This document shows positions 1 to 13,862 of a stretch of DNA of 64,000 nt, one piece after another. Source of the DNA: Epiperipatus broadwayi. Taxonomy: Eukaryota; Animalia; Onychophora. Position numbers and translations under genes: made by a program. Under the pieces are notes generated by a model, which was not told the origin of the DNA, ran no database searches, and was given only the letters and a program-made list of their open reading frames with translations. The stretch is from positions 13,268,001-13,332,000 of the forward strand of contig JAQFVV010000004.1 of NCBI GenBank assembly GCA_028023455.1, read 5' to 3'. The number at the start of each line of letters is the position of its first letter. Positions within the stretch are counted from its first letter, which is position 1.

Positions 1-1367
1 ATAGTGCAAAAATAGTGGAGTGGACAGCTAGTGATCTGGGATGTTGCCAAATGAGGACTTGGATTACGGAAGGATGGCCACGCCACTGTCCTGATTATCT
101 TCATATAGCTATCTGGAATGCCCGTCAAACCTTCTCAACCTGTAATGGTTGTATAACCAGGACAGATCGTGTATTCGTACCGATGGAAGGTCGTGCCCAG
201 GTCTTATGACTACTCCATGCCAGACACCCGGGAATAGTGAGAATGAAAGCTTTGTCATGTTCATATGTGTGATGGCCAAGAATTGACCAAGAGATCGAAA
301 AGATGGTGGGACAATGTCACAGTTGCCAAGCCGAGGCAAACCTACCAAGAAAAACACTATGAGCTCTTGGATAGAACCAAACAAACCCTGGGAATGGATC
401 CACATCAATTATGCTGGGCCTATAGAGGGGCAAATGGTTTTAGTGGTGGTGGATGCATACAGCAATTGGGTAGAATACCATTTGTTAAGGTCAGAAAACT
501 TGAAATGTACCAAAAGGGCTCTCCAAGAGATATTTACCATGCATGGATACCCCGAAATATTGGTATCAGATAATGGAACAAGCTTTACCTCCGCCAGTTT
601 TGAAAACTTCCTGACAGAAAGAGGAATACATCACATTTTTGAACCAACATACCACCCTGCATCAAATGGTTTGGCAGAGAAGGCAGTCCAGTGTTTAAAA
701 AAGTACCTTAAGAAAACAAGCAAGACCAGGATGGACCTTAAGAAAACAAGCAAGACCAGGATGGAGGAGGCATTGCTGGAAATCACATTCTTCCAACATT
801 TTTTACCAAGGTCTAAAGATGGTAAATCACTGGCTGAACTGTTATTCGACAGAATGTGTCACACACACAGGTCAACAGTTTTACCCCAAAGGAAAAGAAT
901 TAAGAGAGAACCAGAGGGTGATTTCCATAAACCCTTGAAAAGGTTCAAAAGAAATGATCCAGTCTGGGTGCGTGATATACTAAGGAAGAGATGGCTGCCC
1001 GGAACCATCATAATTGCGAAATCAAGGGCAATTTACCAAATAAGACTAGAGAATGGTCCATCTGTTCATAAACACATAGACCACTTAAGGAGAAGATCTT
1101 CATGTGCTCGAATGGATATCCCAGAAACCGGGAAATGCCAGTCAATAGGACATCTTACCTAAAGAAGATAAGGAAGTATTGCCACAAATAGCCCAGGAAG
1201 AGTTTTGCCAAAATGAACCAGACCAGATGGATAGTGTACTGGAAGTTACGGACCTGATACATGACACTGACAGTGGGCCAACCCAACAAGATGAAGTGAC
1301 ACCTGCACCAAGAGTTCACTGTGAGCATAGGCTGCCAGAAAGGTTGAAGGACTATATTCTAGAGTGA
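1..1367 (+). mobile_element. Ty3/Gypsy LTR retrotransposon pol 3' end (integrase zinc finger, core and tail), with stops and a frameshift
   Basis: Reads LHARHPGIVRMKALSCSYV*WPRIDQEIERMVGQCHSCQ (HHCC zinc finger), then ORF 314-1162 with KPWEWIHINYAGP, LVVVDAYS, LVSDNGTSF, YHPASNGLAEKAVQ (rve core motifs). Confidence 0.93.
705..764 (+). repeat. Perfect 30-bp tandem duplication inside the integrase (in frame)
   Basis: accttaagaaaacaagcaagaccaggatgg occurs twice, giving LKKTSKTRMD/LKKTSKTRME. Confidence 0.95.
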
Positions 1368-1780
1368 GGAGAGGTGTAGAATACAGAGATGTTGTCTCTA
1401 GAAACGTCCGGTTATACGAGAACGGGAAAAAAGACAAGAAGAAGAGAGACCAAGATGGCGTAACATATAGCCACATGTGGAACCAAACATCTTATTTTTC
1501 ATTTGCCATGAGTAATCAAACTTTTCTTTGAAGAGACTTCAATCATATGTATACTTTTGACTTTGTTGCTGTTTTTCTTTCCGCTTATTTTGTTGTCTTA
1601 AGCATAGACATTTTTTTTGTATAATAACACATAACATGTAACTAATAAACTAGCTTTGGGAAAGTAAAACTGTCTCCGACTCTTAAGTTAATAAATTGTG
1701 GTTTCAGCTGAGATCGTTAACTTGCTTTTATTCTAATTTTAGAAAGTTTATACCTCGATAAGGATCAGTAGATTTCAATA
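1361..1780 (+). mobile_element. Polypurine tract and putative 3' LTR of the Gypsy element
   Basis: Purine run agagtgaggagagg (1361-1374) is followed by TGTAGAATA at 1375; aataaa occurs near 1691. The LTR right end (~1777-1780) is a guess. Confidence 0.6.
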
Positions 1781-2269
1781 TAATTTTATGTTAGTTTTAT
1801 TTTGAGATAACAATGTAGGATCTCTACTAATTAATGAATATAAATTCCAAAGTAAATGGATTTTTGGTAATTTCTAAGTGCTTTAATTTAATATTTAGTT
1901 TCAACTTGTTATCCAGGTACCAATCTTTCCAAAAGACCATCTTGGATTCTTAAACTAAAAAAAATAAGGCATTTTGAACATACATATATAAAATGTATAA
2001 AAAAATTCAAATTTTACTATTTGAATCTTTTTCCCTTTAATAATATAAATGGAATAACTTAGTGTGTTAGTACAATTATATATATGATTAACACTATCCA
2101 AAATAAATTTTAGGATTTATTCAGGATAGTTAAAAAAAAATGTTAAATTTTTTTTTTTTAGAATAATAAAAAGAAAGCAAACATTAATAAAATAAATGAT
2201 TAGGCAGGTCAGACTGTGAAACAGCAAATCTGACTCAGATTTACCATTTCAATATATATATATAGATTA

Positions 2270-2690
2270 AAGAGTATTCATGTTCTTATGTCTGTGTTGA
2301 TTAAACATGGTGATTTGTCAAAGAATAAGTCTAAAGTTATTAAAGATTTGCTTTTATTATTAGAGCATTCTATGTATTTTACTTATAATGATGAAGGGTG
2401 GATAATAGATTACATTATTTCTCCTTTAATCTCTTCAGTTTATATTAATTATTTAGAAAAGGAAATTATTATTAAGAAGGATTGTTTATATTTACTTATT
2501 TTGGTGAATGTTGTTTCTAGTAGACAATGATAAATTGAAAGAATTGGTAAATGAGTTTAATTGTTTTGATCCTTCTATAAAATATGTTGTAGAAAAAGGG
2601 GAATTAGATTCTGTTAAATTAAGATTTTTAGATCTATTGGTGATTATAAATATACTGAATAAACAAATTGACCATATAACGGAGTTGCTA
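2270..2690 (+). pseudogene. Penelope-like reverse transcriptase remnant
   Basis: LLLLLEHSMYFTYNDE, ISPLISSVYINYLEKEII and FNCFDPSIKYVVEKGELDSVKLRFLDLLV resemble the PLE RT motifs xYFTYN, SPxIANIYMxxLE and IKFTxExE..LxFLDVL. Confidence 0.7.
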
Positions 2691-2953
2691 TATATACTGT
2701 TCACCCAGTGCTGGGTGATTATTCTATTCTTTTTTTTTTTTTGCTTATTCTTTCGTTTTCCCAGAGAGAGACTTCAAGAAATCAGTTTGTATTCTCATTT
2801 GTTTTTCCAGAGAGACTTCAAGAGATTATTTATTTTTTATTATGCTTCTTCCCAGAGAGATTTGCAGAGATAAACCAAAGAGATTGAAAAAACAAGCTAA
2901 GCCATTTTAGAAGATATCTTGCATGACCATTGCAGGACAACTAGTATTATATT

Positions 2954-2999
2954 TTAGTTCCTGCCAATATTTCATGTTAGTTCCTGCCAATATTTCATG
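2954..2999. repeat. 23-bp tandem duplication
   Basis: ttagttcctgccaatatttcatg occurs twice. Confidence 0.9.
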
Positions 3000-5900
3000 A
3001 CCCCCAACTAAAGCTGAGGTTACTTACGCAGAATACCATAGCTATGGGGTACGAACCTAAAATTAAATGGCGAGAGCCACAGTCAGTTCAGAGGAGAGTT
3101 AAGTTGCCAAAATCTTATGGTGCTGAGGAGTTCCTGTCCCCATCAGTTACAAGTAGCACTTGCCTCACATTCAGATCACAATTTAAAAGATATGATCTGT
3201 CAAGAAAGAGCCTAGAGCCAAGTCTTCATGGAATCATTTCCAAGAAATAACAGTGTTCATCTGATTGCCACAGTATTAATAATCACCAAATGAATGCCCT
3301 TCCTACACCATCCAACAAGATGGTTATGGGGTAGAAGCCAGCTTCAGTACACCCGTCCACCTCCTTCCAAAGCCATTAAAATGTAGCCATCCAGATCCAG
3401 CGGATATTGATGATGAATATTGTCAAACCACCATAGTGAAATAAAGAAGTCCTTGCTACCCTGATGAGCAGGGGTATATAGCACATTCAGAGACCCCAAG
3501 TCCAGATGAAGTCCCAAGACACTGGAGAGTAAAACTTGTTTCAACCTTTTAATAATATTATTTTCTTTTTGTGTTTTAAAATTTGTTCAACTTTTTTAAT
3601 ATATTTTCTTACTACTCAATCATAATTAAGTCAGCAAGTAAACCAATAAATAAAATGTGTTATTAACACAAATAATAACTCAGATAAAAAAATCATAAAG
3701 CAGTTAAATCAGTAAATCAGGTATTGATACTATTATACCAGTTAATGAAACATTTAACGAATGATAATAATAAATCATAAATCAGTTATTAGATCATTTT
3801 AAATCAGGCAAGATTTTAGGATTAAAATAAAATAAAATTATATTTTAAAGATAAGTTTAAGTTACATAATTATTATGGCCATAGATCTTAGATTTAGCTA
3901 TCTTATAGGAAATTATGGATTTAGTTGAAAGTCTTTAAATTGAAGGAGTTTTATTACCATTGTCTTGTTTCTGGTGGTAGGCTTTTTCATCATCGAGGGA
4001 CTTCTTAGGTGGTGATGTCTTTCACTGCATCTCTTCCCACATCAGGTAGCTTTCATTGAGGATCAGAAGGCAAAGCAATTAGCCTTCTACCCCAACTTTA
4101 TCATTATTACAAATTTTATAATGTCTGAGTTTAATAATTAATAAATTTTAATGACTGAACGACTCAATGAAAATTGTTACAGTAGCTTTTATATTAGCTC
4201 ACCCCCCCCTCTCTCACTTCAATTTATTTTTAGATTTGCTCTACTAATTACTTCTCAAAATCATGGAAACCTGCTATGATTATTATTTTATAGGTCAACT
4301 TTAGCCTCAGTCACTCGCTATAATTTATTCATATTTCAAATTTTAAATCTAATTTTAACCTTAAATTGTAACTAGGTCATTTTATAGCAAGAAGGATTAA
4401 CTTTTCTAGCATCATCCTTTCTAGAAAAACAAATCTAAAAGATGGAAAAACATTTTGTTATATATGTAACTCGACCGTTTAATTTAGCAATATATGCAGA
4501 ATTATATAACAATTTCAAATATTACTTTTAAGAATATTTTAAATAAAGAAATCTTAATGTTTAAATTCTGTTAACATTATTCTTCTAGCATATATATAGT
4601 CTTTAGTTACACATACAACACATTTTTCATTTATTTATCCCCAGAAATATATATGTGCATATATAGATGCAATTTTCATACTATATTTTAATACACACAC
4701 ATACATGATTAACATATTTAGGTTTAATTTTAGCCTGTTTTTAAATACAATTTTAACATGATATATGAGAATTTGGTGATAGTTACACATATAGAAATAC
4801 TACTATAGAATATAGTAGGTGAAGCAGTAGGATTGTGAAAGCTGACTAAGTATTATATAATGTGAGCTTGGATGAAAAAGCTGTCATTTACTTAAAGATA
4901 ACTAATTGAAATATATGCATTTTTAAAAAAAATATTGAATATTATTTTAAAAAAATATTTACCTATAGCAAATACAAAATATAGATGTCTGCTGAAAAAA
5001 TAAATAAATGAACAAATCTTATGTGATGAAATATTCTACAGATGTTTAATGATAGAGCTATATTCATCGCAATTTGTTTTTGTTATATAAAAGTTTTGAA
5101 TTTGTATAAAAAAATATGTACATAAAAGATGTCTTATTCAACATAAAAATGGATCTTAATTATTTTTTATTAAAATATTTTTTGTATGGATAAATTTTCA
5201 TAAAAAAGACTGAAATACATATTTATCTTTCAAGGATGAATAGTATTTTCACCAGATTTTGCAGGATTCAATTTTGTTGTTTATGTGTTTATTTAATAGT
5301 GCTGGGAGAGGAGAGCAATTTTGTTCAGAATTTTCTACTCATAACTAAGCAATAGGGGGAGAATTTTGAAAGCACCGAAAATACAAGGAGAACAAGACTT
5401 TTAGTAACTTTAAATTTTTATCATTATTTGAGTTTATTGCTAATATTTTAAAATAAGATTTAACTAGCATGCTTATTATAATATATGTTCTTAATTTAAT
5501 ATTAAAATAAATTGGTTTTTATATTAAATAAAGAAAAATAAGTTTATGGAAGTTAATTTTGTGACAGGTAATAAATATTTATAATTTGCTTGGATGGACA
5601 GTCGATAAGAAACAGATCACCATTCATGCTTCCAATAATTGTTAAAATCATGGATATTATTTATTTATATTGCATTATTTGATATTTTTAAGTGATATTT
5701 TTAAATTAGTACTTTATTATTATGCATCATTGTGATTGAATATTTAAAAGTTGAATGAATCATTCATATGCTTATTAGCATATGTATAATTTATAAAAAA
5801 AGAGAATGCAAGAGAATACCTGGTAAAATATCTAGAGATATTTTTTTTAAATATTTTTTTCTCATAAATACTTGAATATTCATACGTTTCACAACCTAAT

Positions 5901-6019
5901 TGAGTTGTTAACATACTATTGTTATTAATGGTATTTGTTAAGATACAAAAATATAGAAGTATTAATATTTAAATTATGTTATGCTATAATAAATGAATAA
6001 ATGTACAATATTAATGAAT

Positions 6020-6169
6020 AATTATATTTATAAAGCATATACTCGTTACTTAAAATAATATTTATTAAGGCTGCCCTTGTCTTTTAAATAAATCTTGTTA
6101 AACATTTGCAGAGGTCCCTACTGTCATTTTCCAGATGCATAGTCTTAAGGTTATAGCCTTAAAAATATT
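6020..6169. mobile_element. Family C fold-back element with left tail and 13-bp TSD
   Basis: aatatttattaaggct...agccttaaaaatatt inverted ends; core ggtccctact...aggttatagcc is shared with other C copies; aatattaatgaat occurs at 6007-6019 and 6170-6182. Confidence 0.7.
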
Positions 6170-7792
6170 AATATTAATGAATGTTTTAGCAAAATCATTT
6201 GTACCTGAAATACTTTTGAACCATATTGAAATGAATATTAGATCTTTGTTGTTTTTCAGAAAAGTAGTTTGGAGATTATTTTTGTGTTGTGTGATTTGTA
6301 TTTCTTTGTGATGTTAGTAGAGTTATTCAGCATGTGGAGGAAGATATAGGATAGGGGTCAGGAGAGTAATTTTTAAATGAAATCCTAGGAGTTAGGGATA
6401 TATATTTTGAAAAGATATTATATGTGAGCTATATTATCACAATGTGAATTTATTAAATATGTAGGTAACAAAAGACTGTATAGTAGTACTTTCCATGGAC
6501 AGTTGCATTTTCTTTACTGTCAGTAAGAGCTGAGATAAAAGCCATGACATGAATTTAAGATGTTAAATGTGGACCTTTCCTTTTAGCAATCTATGATGAT
6601 GTTTTTCTTACTCATTGGAGTTGTTGTTGTTGTTCTTCTTCTTCTATATCCCTCACTATAATTACTGCCAATCACCATTGGCATCGCAGCATGAAAGATA
6701 GTCTTTAAGGATGGTAGAGTAATAGCTAAACTGTTAGAAGCTGGTAGTTTATGTAAAGGCAAAATGAGATAAAAACTTCTACCACAAATGATGTAGAATT
6801 ATTACTGTTTGTTATAATATATAAAAAAAGGAGAGGAATGATTGATATTCCTATAAATATTGTAAATATTAGAGATCATTAGACTCAAATAAATGTATAT
6901 TTAGATTGGATTGAATGAGAAAGTGATAAAAGTATAATTTGGATGCTACAATGAATGTAAAATATAAAATAAATGAAATATAAAATATCAAGCAATATAA
7001 TTTATTATCAGTTTAAAATTTGCTATAAGAAATATGAACATATTTAAAATAGAGAAAAGCTATGAATTTAAGGAGTTAATTTGCTAAGGGAGCCATAACT
7101 ATTTTTCTTTATTTAAATTTTCTAGTATTAGAATACTCAAGCATATTAAAAGATTAAAATAATACTTTAATGAAATGCAAAGAAAGTGTTTAATAAGTCT
7201 AAATATTTTGCTTTGTGCTATGTTTAGATAGGTGTGTTTTAATATAAATTTATACTTAAAAATTATATAATTATAAATATATTTTTAAAATACTATGAAA
7301 CATAGTATTAAGGTTAGTAAGTTATGATATTTATTGTCATTATTTATCACCATAGAGATAATAGAATGTTATTACTTTACTAGTAAAATATAGTACATTA
7401 CTATTAAAGTATTGTAAAATTTTATTTTATTTTAGGTAGTCGGAATGAAGGCTATCTTATGTTTATTTATTCGTTATATTTATTATGTAAATATTTTAAT
7501 TTTTAAATAATTTTAATTTTTTATATTATAGTTTGTAAATATTTTTTCAAATTTTATAATTTTATTGTATCATAATCATAATGGTATTCAACTATAATAA
7601 AATTATTAATTTGTTTTTTTAAATTACTTTGTTGTTGGAAGTTTAATTTGTCTGAGTGTTTTTCTTCTTTGATTCTTCATACTCACATGCATGATTCATA
7701 GAAATTATGGCTTGAAATATTACTTATTTGCACATGATTTGTAGAAAATTATTTAGAATATTATTATTACACATGATTGAATAATAAGAATA

Positions 7793-7838
7793 CATTATCA
7801 TCATCATCATCATCATCATTATAATAATAATAATAATA

Positions 7839-7906
<68 letters not shown>

Positions 7907-7924
7907 CATCATCATCATCATCAT
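7793..7924. repeat. Compound trinucleotide microsatellite (ATC)n-(TAA)n-(TGA)n-(TAA)n-(TCA)n
   Basis: Direct reading of the sequence. Confidence 0.97.
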
Positions 7925-9477
7925 TGGTGATTATTCTTAAATGATCCAACACCAATTGGAGATGTTTACTATTGCAATGATATCAAAATATAATTTATTC
8001 TATGAATGCCACATAAAATAAAAGATTATACAATATTTTCCAGAATCTTATGATTTATTTTATTTTTTATTGCTGAATATCAATATTTGAATAGATGTGT
8101 AATGTTAAGGATCATTAAGATGTTCTAGTTGCTTGTTGTTATTATTTTTCATGAGGGTAGTTAGATATTATGCAAAATCCCTCATTATATTTAACTACAG
8201 GGTCTTAACTAATTTGTTTTATTATTGGTGTTAGAAATGAATCTGAGATTATTTTAAAATGATTATAGAGTTTGTACAAAATGATGATGAATAAAAATTA
8301 TTAGATGATATGAGATTTAAAATAGTATTTTATAAATGAATAGTAATTAATTTATCATATTTCCATAATAGGTTTTAATAAATTTATGTTAGGATTATTT
8401 TATGTGTTTTCAAAACATGAGAATATTACAAAGTAGTTTTGTTATAAAATTTAATAGGGGTAATATTGTTATGCCATTGGAAATGCATCTTTAGGGATGT
8501 ATCCTTAATGTTTAAGCCATTGTGCCTTACTGAATATCTCATGTGAAGAGTTTTTATAATTGTATTAGTTAATTTAATCAAACCATATTTTAATTATAAT
8601 GTATGAGCTAGTTGTAACTTAAACTACTGGTAAAATAAATGAGCTGAATATTTAATTTGAACCCTGATTATTTATTGTGAATATTATATTTTAATTAAAT
8701 TAGTTTATTATATTTACTTATCATAAAATATTGATTCTGTTAGATATTGTATGTTAGTCGTATATTTTGAGTTAGTTCTGATAGTATTTATTTTTTAATA
8801 GTCATTGCTATGTAACTTGTCCGTAGTTTAGTATAGTTATTTCCAAGTTAACCAGAAAGTAAATGTCAGATTTCTTGTGAGAGTATATATGATTATTACA
8901 TTTCTATTTTTTGGCTGGGTCTAATTGAAGTAGTGTAAATCAATACAATGTTTATTGTGGTTTCACTATTTAAGCTGAAGATTATTTCCTAAAAAATATT
9001 TATTAATAATTGCTGAAAAATCCCTATTCAAATTGGTTAATACAGATATGTGAAAGGTATAAATGAAACCAAAATAACTGTAGAGATAGAAAGCTATAGG
9101 ATTTTCCAGAAGAAGTTCCATTTCCAGGATACATACCCTTGAGATAAATAATTAGGTGCAGAAAAAAATTACAAGTTGTACAGATCTTAAATATTAATTT
9201 TGTAAGCTCTCAAGTTACCAATATGGTAGAAATAATTCTTTGTGTGTAATGATATTAATATAAATAATTGTGTTATATTAGTTCTGAAATATTACTATTA
9301 TTATTAATAAAAATAATTGCCTTATAATTTATTGAATTATTTTTTTGTTCTTAAATTCTTAACCTCTCAAATTTTCTATATATCTGGCTAACTTGGGAAT
9401 TAAACCACAGCCACACAGAGAAGTTAGCCAATCATACATAGTAACTACTAATATAATATTTCAGATTCCCCCTACCC

Positions 9478-9580
9478 AAGCATAAGCTTGTGGTTAAGAC
9501 CTGAAGAGGTCCCTACTATCGCATTTTTACGCGCACATTCTTGAGGTTACAGCTTAATAAATATTAAACATTAATAATTA
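9478..9580 (+). repeat. Family C single-arm copy
   Basis: cataagcttgtggttaagacctgaagaggtccctactatcgcattttt...gaggttacagc matches 43055-43150 and 49905-50000. Confidence 0.8.
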
Positions 9581-10027
9581 ACTCGACTACCCTTATAAAA
9601 TGTTGGTGACCAGGTTAAATTGATTTCTTTTTTCATCTGATTAATAGATTAACACAGCAAGAAGGCATTATTTGTAAGTTTATAAAAATGACTTTTAGAA
9701 AGTCTTATTTGTGAAAGATAATTATAGTGTGTGGGCATAAAGATTATTACTTCTGAATCATTGCTATATATTTTCAGTGTTATATATTTAATAACCAGTA
9801 TTTATTTATATAGTTATTAAAATAGAATTTATATGTCTATTACGATCTGAAACTATTAATTAATTACATAGAGGTTATTCTAAAACTGTTTTCTAATGTA
9901 ACATTTCACGTCATTGAAATATCAATGATTAATAGACCACTAATGTAATAATTTGGGGACCAGAGAAAAATAGTTCATTTTTATTTTAATATGAAATACT
10001 ATTTATAAGTTTACTAAAATGATTTAT

Positions 10028-10125
10028 AAATATAGGGGTTTTGAACTCAGACTTTCAAGCACCTTTCAGCTATCCACACTATCTCATACCACTGATACAT
10101 ATGACCACACACATGTAGAAAATCT
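10028..10125 (-). repeat. Family A truncated, diverged copy
   Basis: ttttgaactcagactttca...gaccacacacatgtagaaaa matches 10765-10852. Confidence 0.65.
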
Positions 10126-10863
10126 GAATTACGAACAATTCTTATAATACATGCATATGATGATTATTTCTTCAGAAATATTTTTATATGTACGTGTAAA
10201 TATTATTTATTATTAATTCTAGATAAAAGTTATTTTATTAAACACAAACTAAGTGAACTAATAAAAATTTAATGAATCAAAACTGTTTTCCAGTTAATAA
10301 TTTTATACAAACATTCTATTATTTGTATATACATATAATTCATTATGTATTTTTTTGTGTGTGATTTCACCTACTTGATTTTAAAGTAAACGCAATGCAG
10401 TTACGTTTTCAATTAACTTAATTGAAACATCAATGGCACAATTTTTCAACCTTACTAGAAATAGATAAGAAAGATGTCATTAAAACTAATGTTTAAGTGG
10501 CTTAGTTTGTAATGAATAGATGTTTAATTGAAATAAGATTTGATTTGTTTCAATTGTTAATTAAATTATTTTCAAAAGAAGTTTTTATATATAGTTTGCT
10601 AATATACATGTAAACAAAACATAACTAAAAATATAAATAAATAAAAGTAAACATTTTATTTAAAATCTTATTTAATATTTTAGAATGTGATTTTTTTTTA
10701 AGAATTTGTTCTAAAGATGATACTTTGCACAGACTTAAACCTGCATTTATATATGTAATATGGGCGGGATTCGAAGTCAGACTTTCACACGATCCACTAC
10801 TCTCAGTGCCATCTCATATTGCTGACCCACCTGATCACACACATGTTGAAAAGATAAATAATC

Positions 10864-10907
10864 ACCAATATACGTATTTCACGCTAAACCAGCAATCATC
10901 AGTTGGT
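10864..10907 (-). ncRNA. Minimal type I hammerhead ribozyme motif (family A)
   Basis: Minus strand reads ACCAA CTGATGA TTGCT GGTTT AGCGT GAAA TACGTA TA TTGGT; helix I is ACCAA/TTGGT and helix III is the palindrome ATACGTAT. Confidence 0.8.
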
Positions 10908-11466
10908 CTAGATTACTATCCTCACACACATATATAATCAGTGCTCAGCTTTATATTAAGATAGCCAATCTTCATACTTTAATGGACAGGCTTCAAACTA
11001 TTCCACCTCACAACTCTTCAACCTTCCATTTCATTGAAAATCTGGTGATGGAACGTTCAAAGCCCTTGTTAGTGCCAAGGTTGTCATCCTATCCATGTTG
11101 ACATATTAGTCATTCTGACCCCTCATGTACAGGAGAATAATCCATGTATACATACATATGTGAGGGATGAGCAGACCTTTTATACACTATTTATATAAAT
11201 TAATACATTGCACAGGCTTAAACCTGCCAGGATTCGAACTCAGACTTTCACACGATCCACTACTCTCAGTGCCATCTCATATTGCTGACCCACCTGATCA
11301 CACACATGTTGAAAAGATAAATAATCACCAATATACATATTTCATGAAGGCTGAAGAGTTGTGAGGTGGAATAGTTTGAAGCCTGTCCATTAAAGTATGA
11401 TGATTGGCTATCTTAATATAAAGCTGAGTACTGATTATATATATATGTGTGAGGATAGTAATCTAG

Positions 11467-11510
11467 ACCAACTGATGATTGCTGGTTTAGCATGAAATAC
11501 ATATATTGGT
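11467..11510 (+). ncRNA. Minimal type I hammerhead ribozyme motif (family A, inverted arm)
   Basis: ACCAA CTGATGA TTGCT GGTTT AGCAT GAAA TACATA TA TTGGT; helix I extends through GTAATC/GATTAT. Confidence 0.78.
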
Positions 11511-13764
11511 GATTATTTATCTTTTCAACATGTGTGTGATCAGGTGGGTCAGCAATATGAGATGGCACTGAGAGTAGTGGATCGTGTGAAAGTCTGAGTT
11601 CGAATCCTGTCTAAAGATGATGTAATTAATGATGCAAATAATAATTATCTTATAAAATATGTTACAATATGATATAGATATCCTATTAGTAAAAGGATGA
11701 ATTTAATCAAAAATGCGTCACTTATTTAAGTTATTTTTTCTCTCTGCTTTTGGTCTTCATCGCGATGTCTTTATCACTTCTTTACTTTTAACAATTTTAA
11801 ATTATTATTAAAACAGAAATGTAACATTAAAAATTTACTTTTCCATTCCTATAATTATTATTATTATTATTTTTATTTTTATTTATGGTTAAAAAAATTT
11901 TATTACTTTACAAAATGAAATTAATGTTTAATGTATCCCAAATTTTACTTTAATTTTCAGCTTTATTAGTGACTTTTTTAAAAACTTTTTCATTTGGTTA
12001 TCAGTCTTTCACAGAGCTATAAATGATAATATATCAATAAAATTTTTGACCAGAGTCCAATCAGAGAATCTAAAGCTATTGGACCTAATTCGTTCTTTCA
12101 AAACCAGAATACCAAACTAGCCCCACCCTCACTCCTCACAGACACTTGGGCAATCCTCCAACTCCCATCCTCTCAGCCTCTGTCATGTGCTTTGGTTTGA
12201 GAATATCCTTCATACTCAACAAAACACCATTGACATATTAAAATAATATTACAGCATGTGTATAGGGTGTAATTTCCTTCTTAAAATTACATACATATAC
12301 TGTGCTAGTAAATTAAATATAGAGTTATATAGATACAAATTAATTTAAACATTTTATTTTTACTTTATTCATGTCATGTTTGTAAAATATGCACATTGAA
12401 ATTTGATAATAAGTTTTTTGTACTCCAGAAAAGGAAGGAAAATATATTAGAGAAATATGTATATGTTTTAGGTGATGATAAGGGTTCAATTAATGATTAA
12501 ACTTGTGTAGAATGTAACAATAGAAAATATTTACATTATTTGTGATAAAAAATTGCTTTTGGTAAAAAGCCAAGAAAGCCAAGAAATATTTGCTAATTCC
12601 AAATATTTCTTGATTCTATTTAAGTTGAACTTACTAATTAAAAACACAAAGATAAAAATAAGACCTATAACAATCAAGGGTGAACCTTGGATTGCCACAG
12701 GCAAATCTGGGGGGGGGATAAATAGTGGGTGCAGCAAAGTGCCCTGTTCTTATTCCAGTTAATTTACCAAATGAACTGTTGGTACGATATTTTAATGGAC
12801 AATAGCTGTAAGAAACTTAAGTGACAGTGCAGCACTCCAGTGTGAAGCCAATATGTTTGTGAGCAACAGCTGAATGAAGCCAAAGAACTCCGTTAGTTTG
12901 AGGTGCGGAGCCAAAGTGCTTTGGAAACTGAGAGCAAGGAAAACCATTCAACAATCAGAAAGCTGTATAAGCATCATAGGAATTGAACCACAAGTGAACT
13001 ATATATATACTGTGTTGGAGTATATCAATAACTATTCCCTACTAATAACTTTTCATCATTATTTCAGTCTGCATCTAAATTTATTATTTATTAATTTATT
13101 TGTTGATATTCTGAGTATCTGCATTCGAATACATAACAATTCACATTTCCCCTCTTGTTGTACAACCATAAATGAGTAAAACATCTTGTTTGAAGTTTAT
13201 AGTTCTTTCAGGCAGTCTTTTTTTTGTCATTTTTTAAAATTGCACCCAAATAAAAGATGATCACATTCTTGACATCATTTGAAAATAAATGGCAATTTGA
13301 GAGAACTAATACTTTCTTGCATTATAGATATATTCTTTTGCTAAATTTTGGGAAAGGGTATTGCCCAATAAGATTATTTCAGGGGATTCCAACTTAGTTA
13401 TGCTTTTAATCTTCTTGTTTATTTAATCCTAGGATGGTTGGTTTGTCATTACCATATTGTTTAATCATTAGATTATTGGCTTATTAATATTACAGTTTAA
13501 TCATTTATTTAAGTTTAATTTTAAATTATCAAAGCATTTCTATCAAATTTTCCTTTTTATTTATACATACGATATTTTATTAATATGAACACAAATTAGA
13601 AATCCTTTTATTTAGAATTTATTATATAATATTTAAATATTTAACAGTTGTAAAGAAATCGGCATATTATGAAATAAATAATACAAAGTATAGTTAGTAG
13701 TAATATAATAAAAAAGAATGAGCTTAAATATAAAACACTTTGAATTAAATAGAATTAAAAATAC

Positions 13765-13862
13765 TTTTTTTTTCATATGTCATAGCATCAGCCGGAGGCG
13801 AACCCACAACCGTCTGTAACCAACTAACTGCTTGCAAGGCGGCTGCGATGACCTCTCGGCTT
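13765..13862 (-). mobile_element. tRNA-Gly-derived SINE copy (5' end lost, enlarged variable region)
   Basis: Minus strand: gccgagaggtcatcgcagccgccttgcaagcag...gggttcgcctccggctgatgctatgacatatgaaaaaaaaa. Confidence 0.8.

Larger units (their letters stand above)
10722..11609. mobile_element. Family A composite: ~480-bp monomer, partial tandem copy and inverted copy, with 12-bp TSD
   Basis: 11208-11344 directly repeats ~10727-10881; 11345-11609 is the reverse complement of ~10755-11027; tctaaagatgat occurs at 10710-10721 and 11610-11621. Confidence 0.9.

Noticed and set aside
3458-3490. ctgatgagcagggg as a hammerhead
   Set aside because: There is no GAAA after a helix II and no helix I/III; it is only a small hairpin. 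The surrounding 3000-3545 region could not be classified.
7724-7955. Poly-M/I and poly-D/Y/H ORFs
   Set aside because: They are translations of a trinucleotide microsatellite.
10725-11364. Duplicated small ORFs (RLSHDPLLSVPSHIADPPDH) as a peptide gene family
   Set aside because: They are incidental frames on the antisense strand of family A repeats; the frame is not kept in the 32.6-kb copy.
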